The notes under the pieces: generated by a model
Seen by the model: the letters and a program-made list of their open reading frames with translations, nothing else
Told to the model about the DNA's origin: nothing
Databases searched by the model: none
Origin: Trichoplax adhaerens
Taxonomy: Eukaryota > Animalia > Placozoa
DNA: 64,000 nt
Assembly (NCBI RefSeq): GCF_000150275.1
Contig: NW_002060944.1
Location: forward strand, 9,450,556 to 9,514,555
Direction of reading: 5' to 3'
In this document: positions 41,270-51,352 of the stretch, one piece after another
How the letters are laid out: every line of letters begins with the position of its first letter
How positions within the stretch are numbered: the stretch's first letter is position 1
Made by a program: the position numbers and the translations under genes

Positions 41270-41696
41270 TTATTACTACGGACGGTATCATTTAAACTAC
41301 TACTTTACCATATCATCATTCTGAGTATTCTGTAATCTATCAGTTTAACTTTCAATTTTTAGCCGGATGGGTTTTTCATTCAATATTCTTTTACAATCTA
41401 AGCTAATGTTATTGTTTTAAATAAGGATTAAATATCACTCTTCAAGGAAAAGAATACCAAATCCAAATCGATTTTTTTATTCATTCGATATAATAGGACA
41501 AGGAGGCGGTGGCTGCCATTTTCGACATAAATATCCGTGGGCGAAAGCTAAAGTTGGACATTTCAGTTGATAAAAACAAATTGAAAGAGAAAGGGTACTT
41601 TATAACTATCATCTTGACCTATAAACAAAAGCTAGTCAAAACGTATCGACTTAGCTTATTAGTAAAAGATTAAAATTGAATCACAATCTCGCCATC

Positions 41697-42440
41697 ATGT
41701 CGATTAAATTTCCCAAATCAACATCTTATCATACCAAAATGACATCGCCATGTTGTAATGCAGCCGAATATTGCCTAGTTGTTTTAGGATCAGCCGGTGT
41801 AGGCAAAACATCGTTGGTATCACGATTTTTTTACGATAAATTGAACGATAACTATCAGCCAACTCTACAAGATAGCCATCGTAAAGAAATTATGGTAAAC
41901 GATTTTACATTAAAATTGCATGTTATCGATACCACTGGTAAAAATGAATTCCCGGCAATGCGTAAATGGTCTATAATGCATGGTGATGCATTTGCCTTAG
42001 TCTATTCTATTGATGATTTAGCATCATTTACAATGCTAGAAGTGATATATCAACAAATTTTGGAGGAAAAAAGCGGTAAAGATTATAAAATTTTAATTGT
42101 TGGTAATAAAAGCGATTTGGAAGTAGATCGACAAGTTGCTCAATCATCAGCTAATTTAACTGCAGCAAATTGGGGTTGCGATCATATGGAAATATCAGCT
42201 AAAAATGATCAAAATGTTTACAGTGTCTTTTTTAATATCTTAACACAGATACCGCTACCGTGTCGTATTTCATTAGAGCATTTAAAGCCATCAACATCAT
42301 CATGGGATAGTAATACAAGAAGGAAAAAATTCAATAAAGTTAAATCAGTTACTGTCATGGACAGTACAGCCTCAACACGACGAAATCGTATGATGTCAAA
42401 TAAGCGTAAAATGATCAGTCAAAGTTGTATCATATCGTAA
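41697..42440 (+). CDS. Ras-family small GTPase, DIRAS/RASD(Rhes)-like, single coding exon, 247 aa
   Basis: G1 GSAGVGKT, effector YQPTLQDSH, G3 DTTGKNEFPAMR, G4 GNKSD, G5 EISAK, polybasic tail and CAAX box CIIS. The ATG context is gccatcATG. Confidence 0.92.
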   Translation: MSIKFPKSTSYHTKMTSPCCNAAEYCLVVLGSAGVGKTSLVSRFFYDKLNDNYQPTLQDSHRKEIMVNDFTLKLHVIDTTGKNEFPAMRKWSIMHGDAFALVYSIDDLASFTMLEVIYQQILEEKSGKDYKILIVGNKSDLEVDRQVAQSSANLTAANWGCDHMEISAKNDQNVYSVFFNILTQIPLPCRISLEHLKPSTSSWDSNTRRKKFNKVKSVTVMDSTASTRRNRMMSNKRKMISQSCIIS

Positions 42441-45205
42441 AAAACATCTGTCGAATAGGTCAACAATTTCCTATTTAGAGATATACCCAACTTAATTGGT
42501 ACAATTGGACTATCATTCACCTCATAATAGTAATGTTTTTAAATTGGTTGTAGCTATAAACTATACGCATTCTATCGGAAGTTATACACCAAGTACATTC
42601 AAGCTTGCAATAGAACTAAATAAAGCATCTCATCTGAATTTCTTTATTTAATTCTAAAATTAATAGAATAGCAATATTGCTAATTATGCTCTTCTGCATT
42701 ATTGCAATTTTTATGTAGTCGTTTCAATAGCGTAAGAATCATATCTAATTCTGTCTCTTTTATTAATAATCATATTCAAGATAAAATATATAAAAACCAT
42801 AATATAGTCAAACATATAGGCACGGTATGACATATATATATTTATTATACATCACTACATCGTCTAAGTTATTATGGTAATATTTATATATGTACATGAG
42901 TAAGGCAGTTAAAAAATTTGAATAAAGCACGATGATTATGCCACTGTCATGTTATAGCTGTGTACGAATAATTTCAATTCTAGAAAAGTTAATTGATAAT
43001 TTTGCCACATTGTATGCTATGTAATGTTGTAGTCAGTTATTGCACGATACTAATATTGATTTCGTATTGATAAATTTAAGGTAATACTTGGAGATTTTAT
43101 CACCTCAATAATACTACGCACCTGCTAGCTATAAATTTCAATATTGATGGATTTATTGCTTATTATGATTATAATACATGTTGTGAAAATAATTTGCAAA
43201 AAAATAACGATTTGATTATCATCTGACGTAATTCGATTACCTTCATTTCTAAATATATCCAGTTTGATCAATGCTATTATGTGCCGTCATATTGTGTTAG
43301 TGAGGCATTAGAAGTACAATATTTAGCTTTCGACTTCTCTGCAATACGTATCATATAACATTAAGCATAATGTTAAATCATCAATTCGATATCACTCATT
43401 TACTGGTTTTTTAGTCAAAAGAATTTGGATATTATTTCAAATTGATGGCTTGTATAACGATAGAAGGCCATTTTTGATCACTGTTTATTTTTAAGTTGAT
43501 TTTGCTTTACATATTTCGATAGTTTCTTCACAATAGTTTGTTGCATTATGATGAAGAATTAAGAATAAAACTTATGAAGGCAATCACGTCTATCGATTAT
43601 GAAATTTGACTCGAACGCCTAATAAATACCTTGCATGGGAAGATACACTTTTAAAAAGTTTTAACGTAAAATAAATTCATTCATTTCAGTTATAGTTACT
43701 TAAGCTTATTCAAATAATTGCTTCAATAAAATTGGAGAATATTTCTTATATATACACCTGGTCTTTCTATTTTATCCATTTTTAAATCAATCCAGATCCA
43801 CGATTAATATAGACTAAATCTACATATGCACACATAAGAACTACTTAGGGTAATTTAATACTGTGACAATTATATTTATCAATTTAGCCATTACTGGATA
43901 TGATGGGATAAACGGTGATTGATTTACGTGTGCAATACCTTAGAATACGACTTGATTGAGTAAATTTTTTTAATTATGACAGAATGAATAATATTTAGAG
44001 GATTAGTTCAATCGTAAGAAGTAGTCAAGATTGCTAGAATGATAGTAACTATTACCTCTTGGCTTATTCTGAGTCGTTTCGGTAGCTCAGTATGGAAATG
44101 ACTCCGGATAAGGGTTTTCTTAGATAATAAGCAAGGAAGTGCTTAGATATGTAAGTATTCATTTGTTTCAGTATTACTGGATATAACAATTTTCACGAGC
44201 ATTTAAACCATGGAGTGGAATGCGAATCAACCTTATCTTTGGTAAGAATGAAAGTACTCCTTCTGTACTATTCACTCTTTCTAATATGTTTTTGATATTA
44301 TTAAAGAACAATGTGAACGGTTAACTGACTTTTTTTTTAAAGCCAATTAAATCCTTTACGGTTAGTTGTTAATAAGAATGATTATTGCCATAAGAAGTAA
44401 TTCCTGGTCAAAATTAGTGGTAGAAAGAATGAACAATAACAAAGCTACTCCACAAGCGCAGATCAGCATCCACTCGTGGTAAATAACTATTTTTCCATCT
44501 CATTTAACTTTTCACCTTAAAAATATCAATCAGGCATATATAGATTAATTATGGATAGAAATCATAATTAAACAGTAATTAGACCTCGTGGTACAATAAA
44601 AAAATTGATAAACTGCAACATTACATGATTACAAGTGTTTCAATTTTTTTTATTACAATGAAATAAGCAAGATACCATAATTTTGCAAAGCAAATCAATA
44701 CCGCTGTTATCCTTGGCATGAACAAGTTAAGGATATCGGTGCTACAACAGTCAAGTTATGACATTCGGAAAAGTGTCGTTAAGCTAGATGTTAATGTATA
44801 GAAGTACTGTACATGCAGCACTATTGTTTCATCATTCAGCAACTATTTAGTTAAGAAGGCCTGGCAAGCGAAGATATTTGATAACATCATCTACCAGATA
44901 TTATACAATTGTATTCTAAAGATGTAAATCGTCAATTGCTTACAAGATAACTTTTACATCGTGAAAGAAATGTACCACGTCAGCGATGTTGACTGCCATT
45001 AGAGTAAATGAGTTGATATTAAACATTCAACAGTGGTCTATTTTTCGTTCGATCATACGCTAAAATGGATGATAATAGTATACTGCACCATTAGGCCATA
45101 TTTCAAATTCATATTGTGTTTCTCGTATGATTGTATCTTGACTATGAAAGATTTATAAAGGCGCAAAAGTATATTCAATCATCTTTACACTAAAAGCGTT
45201 GGATT

Positions 45206-45653
45206 TTAGTCGATGTTGATTTCGTATCCTGCCGGTAGCGTTCCCCATCTTGGGTTTCTAGGGCTAAATTCTATTAGCATAGAATAGATAACATCATCAG
45301 TGAGTTGGACCATAACGAGTTCAAGTAAATACTCTGTTATAAAAGATTGAGTACCATCTCCTATCAATAAGGTAAACTATTGCTAGCAAATTGGTGGGTA
45401 GCTTACGTTTCTCTTTGTATGCAGTGAGAGCTTCCATATAATCGACCATCTCTTGCCTACAATTTTTCTTTGCATTGACTCCTTGACGCCTGGTACATTC
45501 GCTCATACGCTCTCTTAAGACTCGGATCTCTTCTCGATCGATCCATCTATCTCTGACATACTGATTACGAGCTCTATACCAAGCTACCGGATCGCTTCTA
45601 TCGATTTCCTCGATACTCGGTACTCTCTTAAATTCTCTCTGAAATTTATCCAT
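45206..45653 (-). CDS. NDUFB10: NADH dehydrogenase (ubiquinone) 1 beta subcomplex subunit 10, short form
   Basis: REFKRVPSIEE..DP..RERMSECTRRQGVNAKKNCRQE (CX11C pattern of the PDSW family). Donor at 45406 (gtaagc). The last exon is probably 45270-45206; an alternative acceptor gives a stop at 45190. A non-coding first exon has its donor at 46031. A start at 45710 is also possible. Confidence 0.85.
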
Positions 45654-46016
45654 GCGACTATCCACTAATCGATAGCGGAGATTAATCTTTGGCAGAAAAA
45701 ATCTAGACATTGGAAATGAAAATGGATGAACATGAGCTATCTACGTAGCACAATGAAGGCGATGCCTAAAGGCTGGCTGTTTATAATTTTAAGGCAAAAT
45801 TCACATGATGGATAGTGAATATTGTGGCTAAGGAAGGAAGAAAATTTGGAACATGCTCAAACTCAACTACGACATCACTGCTAATGCAGGGATGAAAAAC
45901 ATCTTTACTTTATTTTTGTGGCTATCTAAAGTTGAATACGGTAGTGTAGATACTTTCGATTTAGATTATAGCTCTCATTCTTAGTAATAGATATCAATTT
46001 GGATGAAAATGGAGAT

Positions 46017-46027
46017 CAAGATGGCGC
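46017..46027 (+). promoter_or_regulatory. YY1-like motif (CAAGATGGCGC) next to the NDUFB10 first donor site
   Basis: caagatggcgc matches the AAGATGGCG core; function is inferred. Confidence 0.35.
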
Positions 46028-46066
46028 TTACCTTCCTCCGTTGCGGCAGAGAAACGTTGGACTCCT

Positions 46067-46870
46067 TGTACTGTGCTGTACCGTCCAGTACCGTATAAAC
46101 ATAAGGTAGTACTGTACTGTACTGTGGTATACTGTACAGTGTACAGTACTATATACAGTAGTACAGCACACTATGGAATACAGTACTGTACACTGTACAG
46201 TACCGTACTGTAGAGTACTGTAGAGTACTGTACAGTACTATCTGGACTCACGCGTCTCCTTGTACTGTAGGCTCCAGCCGTTATCTGAGCCGACAGACAG
46301 GCAGACATTTGGCCACATTCGAATACAGACAGTCGATTACAGTAGTGAATGGATTGGTTTTTTGTTCTATATTAGGTAATATTATATATTGTATTCCATT
46401 GCCTGTGACTAAACTCCGCTTGGAAGTAGTCACCTTAGATCATCCATGTCATTCAACTTCATACGAGTGATTTCGAGAAGAGACAAGCAAGATCCATACT
46501 GTGTAACGAACTAGTTTTCCCCATTTTCGGACTCATCTGGTATGAAAAGTCCATCCATCCGATGCCTGATTACGATCATTTGAACAACCAGTACGTACTG
46601 TACAGTACAGATCACTTTTCGCCCTCATCTGGTATGAAAGGTCCGTCCATCCGATGCCTGATTACGATCATTCGAACATCAATACAAATCACTTTTCGGC
46701 TTTTCGCCCTCATCTGGTATGAAAAGTCCATCCATCCGATGCCCGATTACGATCATTCGAACAACTGCCAACAGTACAGTACCGACTGTACCGTACAGTA
46801 CGATTTTACAATGTACAGTACAGTACTGTACAGTACAGATCAGACGAGCGCTACAGTATGCAGTACTGTA
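46067..46870. promoter_or_regulatory. Divergent promoter region of NDUFB10/MRPS22 with two CAGTAC islands and a three-copy repeat of about 50 bp
   Basis: The genes diverge from here. Islands lie at 46067-46270 and 46590-46870. ctcatctggtatgaaa.gtcc.tccatccgatgcc.gattacgatcatt occurs at about 46532, 46624 and 46709. Confidence 0.75.
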
Positions 46871-47200
46871 AGCAAATTAGATTGAATATACTCTACTGTA
46901 CGCAATTGCAACGTGCAGCTATCACACGCTGACAAGGGTCGACAGATTCAAATCCAGCTGGAGCAGCTTTGCACATTCGGTGGCCATTGCATTAAGCGAT
47001 TGGTAAAGTTTCCACTTGGCTAGAAACAGCATCATAACACCTTGTGCATACTCGGCAATACAGTACGTAGCTCTTGTGGCTTGGGGCAATTTCTTTAGGC
47101 TAATTATACCCCAAATTATCCAAGAGATTGTCTTGATTCCTGTACCGTATTTGGAAGAATTATTCATCTTGATACCCTCGTCCATTCAATAGCAAGAGTA

Positions 47201-49151
47201 ATGGCCTTCGCTTGGATTTCAAGAGCAAGGAATATTTTATATCGCCGCCTACCTGTACCCATTTCCAAGAATACCAATTATGCTTTATGTTCAAGTACTG
47301 ATCGCCCTTCCGATGGAAAGCAAAAGGAGAGTCATCGAAATACCAAGCGGGCAACCCCAATGGACAAAGATGATGCAGATGTACCTCGATTTAATGATCC
47401 CACTGTCCAGCAAATTTTATCGAAAATAACTGGTGTAGATTTAGTCAAGATTTTTCATAGTAGACCTCAAGAACAACCCAAGTTACCTACTTATAAGCTA
47501 ATGTCAGATGTAGAGTTTAAAGCGGTGCGTGCAAGAGGATACAACTTGAATCAAACAAATACAACTTTTAAAATTTTCATTGATAATTTCCTAACTACTT
47601 TGGATGACAGTTTACAATGACTAACGTAGCTTCAATCTTTCAACCATTAGGCGGAAGCAAAAGCAATTCAAGAAGCCAAACAATTATTGGCTATGCCACC
47701 TCAGATGGTTCAAAGAGAACGAGGCATTAGCAGAGTAATCACCATTGATAAGGAGTTTGTAGGCTACGATGAAGATAATGCCAATTACATATTTACTGAT
47801 ATTAGCTTATCTGCAACTGATCGGGTTAGTGGATTAGAATTTACCCAAATGATACCATTATACAGTATACGTATTTCCGACTGATTTCTACTACTACTAC
47901 TACTACTACTACTGTAATCTCGACTTGATTGATGCATTGCAGCTACCGGCCTGTAGTTCAAATAGGTAATAGCTACGTGCATTATTCTTTCAGGATCGTC
48001 GTGTTGTTGTACGGGAACCAAATGGCGCCTTGAGATATGCTACCTGGGACGAAAGAGATAAAATGAACCAAATTTATTACCCCAAGTTAGGCAGACAGTT
48101 GAAAGTGCCTCTTATGTTTCAAGGAAAAAATTTAGAAGTACTCAATTTATGCTAAAGTTAACATACATACACTAGATCACGCTAGCATGTAATCCATACC
48201 ATGGTGCTATGGTGGCATTTGATTTGATAGGTGTAGGTCTTAAGATTGAAAAGATCGTTCAATGTTTTTGAAATAATAATTCTATTTTAGAATAGCTTCA
48301 GCCAATTACGTCATGCTGATCTCCTCGATTTAGCCGTACTTCAGTTTGAGCCTGATTCTTCTATGTATATCCAGGTAAACGCGATTTTTTTATCTTGAAA
48401 TGGGATTGTAGACCAACTCATTTTTATCGTGATCGCCAGTAGCTCTAAATTTTCTCATATGCATTTTAGGTTCATCAAAAAACTTATGAAAATCTAGATG
48501 ATCATAAAAATTATGACCTACTACGATCTACCCGTCATTTTGGCGGAATGGCGTATCATCTTGTTAAGAGGAATCGTTTCCATGGGTTACTCTCTGATAT
48601 GCTTACGCGAAAATTGTATGCACATGTTGAAATTGGCATTTTCCAGTGAACAATTTGTGCTTGTTTACTTTTTTTTGACCAGTAGTAATCCTTTCGTAGT
48701 AATTGCCTCTTTATGCTATCCTAGTAGCAGGAATATTGAACTATCCAATTCTTGCTAATTTATTCTAATTCCTTGATGGTACACAAAATGTAGGATATCG
48801 GATGCTTGCGATTTAATAGGCCTATATTGTTTATTGCATCCTCAAAGTTCTCTTGCCAGACAGATAAAAGAAGGCAATATGACCAAGTCACAAGCACTAA
48901 AGGTTTGTCTTTACATTGGATTAGTTTATGAGCGATAGCTTGGTTAGCAAGTTGAACTATGCTTCAATGATGATCCATTGCTAACTGTATCGCTCTGTCT
49001 TACTTTATTTCCTAATTGATCTAATTAGACTTATGTTCAAGCCAATGAAGACCTTGCTAGCCAATATAATATCGATCGATTATTGGATAAAGATGAAGAG
49101 TTCGCTAAGGAAGAAAGTTCGATGAAATATAGAAGTGGCGTCAGAAACTAA
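47201..49151 (+). CDS. MRPS22: Mitochondrial small ribosomal subunit protein mS22, 7 exons
   Basis: Approximate exons 47201-47524, 47651-47824, 47994-48137, 48291-48373, 48470-48615, 48794-48902 and 49030-49151. Motifs VQQILSKITGVDL.KIF, PTYKLMSD, YIFTDIS, VVVREPNGALRYATWDERDKMNQIYYP and YDLLRSTRHFGGM. Basic N-terminal presequence. Confidence 0.93.
47888..47913. repeat. (CTA)n microsatellite in MRPS22 intron 2
   Basis: About 8 copies of cta. Confidence 0.9.
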
Positions 49152-49841
49152 TATTGACGTTGAAAAATTTGTATGCAACTGCTGTATTTCATCTGACATT
49201 TATTAATTATTGTAAATACTCATATTATAATGCAGTATTTTGATTTATAGAAGGTATTATGGACGCATTGATATAGCATTTTATTGATTATGGCATATTG
49301 ATTGCTTTCAGCTTTTTGTTTTAATTGATGGGAAAGGTTCTGTTCTCCATTTCCTCTCTCTTTATATATGTTTTATAATATACAGAAGCACATATGTCTA
49401 TAATATAGTCTATAAGATTGGATATTTTAAATGGTTTCAATGATAGATATTCATGAAGACCGCTTGAAGGCCAGTAGTGTAGTCATTTACCGGGAAGAAT
49501 TGTTTCAAATGGAGCACTTTATAGTAATAATAATTATTTGGAAGAGTTCAAGATGGGAGTAGAAACATCAACAGTAGGACTACGTGGTGACTACAGATTG
49601 ACTGTACGATAATAAAATTTATTCTACAGTATTGGTTTAGTGATGTATATGATCATGACATGGTAGTCCATGCCTAATTGTACATAGGAAGACGAGTTGT
49701 GAAGAAGCTTGGATTCATCGTCTTGACTCCTCCGTAGAGGGTTGAATGATTTTGTTGTACAGTATTTACAAATGAAATCATTTTCAATGCGTAATCCATT
49801 TTTATTTATCACATCAGATTGATTGCATAGAGTTTGCCAAG

Positions 49842-50535
49842 TTATAGCTGGGTACGGTAGGATGGTGTAGTTATCGAATCCTATAGTTCACCTAGACTAG
49901 TTATCTAATGATAGAGTTAACCTAGACAGTATCCTTTTGCAATTTCAATCCAAATTATAGCAGGGTTAGGTGGGATGGTCTAATCATCCAGTTAACCTAG
50001 ACAGTGTCCCTTTGCAATTTCAATCCAAATTATAGCTGGGTACGGTAGGATGGTGTAGTTATCGAATCCTATAGTTCACCTAGACTAGTTATCTAATGAT
50101 AGAGTTAACCTAGACAGTATCCTTTTGCAATTTCAATCCAAATTATAGCAGGGTTAGGTGGGATGGTCTAATCATCCAGTTAACCTAGACAGTGTCCCTT
50201 TGCAATTTCAATCCAAATTATAGCTGGGTACGGTAGGATGGTGTAGTTATCGAATCCTACAGTTCACCTAGACTAGTTATCTAATGATAGAGTTAACCTA
50301 GACAGTATCCTTTTGCAGTTTCAATCCAAATTATAGCAGGGTTAGGTAGGATGGTCGAGTCATCTAATCATACCGTCGAGTTAACCTAGACAGTGTCCCT
50401 TTGCCATTTCAATCCAAATCATTAGAGTTAGGTAGGATGGTCTAGTCATCGAATCATACAGTTAACTTAGACAGTGTCCCCTTGCAATTTGAATCCAAAC
50501 TACAGCAGGGTAAGGTAGAGGATGGTCTAGTTATT
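49842..50535. repeat. Higher-order tandem repeat: 188-bp unit made of related 75-bp and 113-bp monomers, about 3.7 units
   Basis: tagctgggtacggtaggatgg at 49845, 50033 and 50221 (period 188); gttaacctagacagt at 49916, 49991, 50104 and onward (alternating 75/113); decays toward the right. Confidence 0.95.
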
Positions 50536-50869
50536 CAATCATTTAGCTGATGACTAAAGTCATGCGGGACCTGCGTTGTAAACAGGAAACGACAGTGGTG
50601 CAAGGAAGTTCAGAGCTAGCTGACAGGATGCCAATTTGACACACACAGTGTACAGTCGAAGGATTGGCGTTGGCATGTGCTGCTTAGCCTATACTGTACA
50701 ACGATTCCATACTACTGTACTGAACACTCATTGTCCACTCTCCAGTATGTATGAGTCATAGCCTCATAGCCGCTATAGCACAGCAGGGATTCCACTTTGC
50801 CTCCATCTCACCATGTACAGTATGGACAACTAGGGCTGATCGCTGACAGAGTGGAAGTTTTACTATGGC

Positions 50870-51013
50870 TTGACCCTGGTTGGTTTTACCCTGGTTGGTT
50901 TGACCATGGTTGGTTTAACCCTGGTTGGTTTAACCCTGGTTGGTTTAACCCTGGTTGGTTTGACCATGGTTGGTTTAACCCTGGTTGGTTTAACCCTGGT
51001 TGGTTTTACCCTG
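50870..51013. repeat. 15-bp minisatellite (TTAACCCTGGTTGGT and variants), about 9.5 copies
   Basis: Direct reading; variant units carry tgaccatggt and ttaccctggt. Confidence 0.95.
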
Positions 51014-51352
51014 ATTTCACCATTTGGTGAAGCACTTTACGTAGTACTGTATTGTACTGTACTGTACAGTATCGGCATCCGATGTTCCAATACCATCTTG
51101 CCCGCCTTAAAAATCCCATCGACGATACGGTACGGTACGGTACGGTACGATACGGTACGGTACAGCGATACCGTATCCACTTGCAGTACTTTCACACCAG
51201 CTATACCAATGTGTCGGGCAATCAGTGCAAGCAATTTCGTCGTCAGCTTGAAATAGTCAAAGCCAAAAGGAAGGCCAACCCAAGGCTGCATCGAAGCATC
51301 TTACTACTTGTAGAGCTTGCTGTAGACATCGACATCGATTGAGGAAATCGCA

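Noticed and set aside
41065-41295. ORFs containing poly-X
   Set aside because: Artefacts of the N gap.
46532-46760. Three repeats of about 50 bp with differing spacers
   Set aside because: The spacers share sequence (cacttttcg, cagtac), so this is an ordinary tandem duplication, not CRISPR.
46922-47360. Minus-strand ORFs overlapping the MRPS22 5' end
   Set aside because: Antisense shadows with no recognisable domain or splice support.
49842-50535. CRISPR-like look: constant block containing ATTTCAATCC separated by variable segments
   Set aside because: The spacers are themselves repeated and related to each other, there are no cas genes, and the context is a spliced eukaryotic genome.
50797-51030. 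ORF with PGWFN repeats resembling a neuropeptide precursor
   Set aside because: It starts at TTG, has no signal peptide and no basic cleavage sites, and is a by-product of the 15-bp minisatellite.
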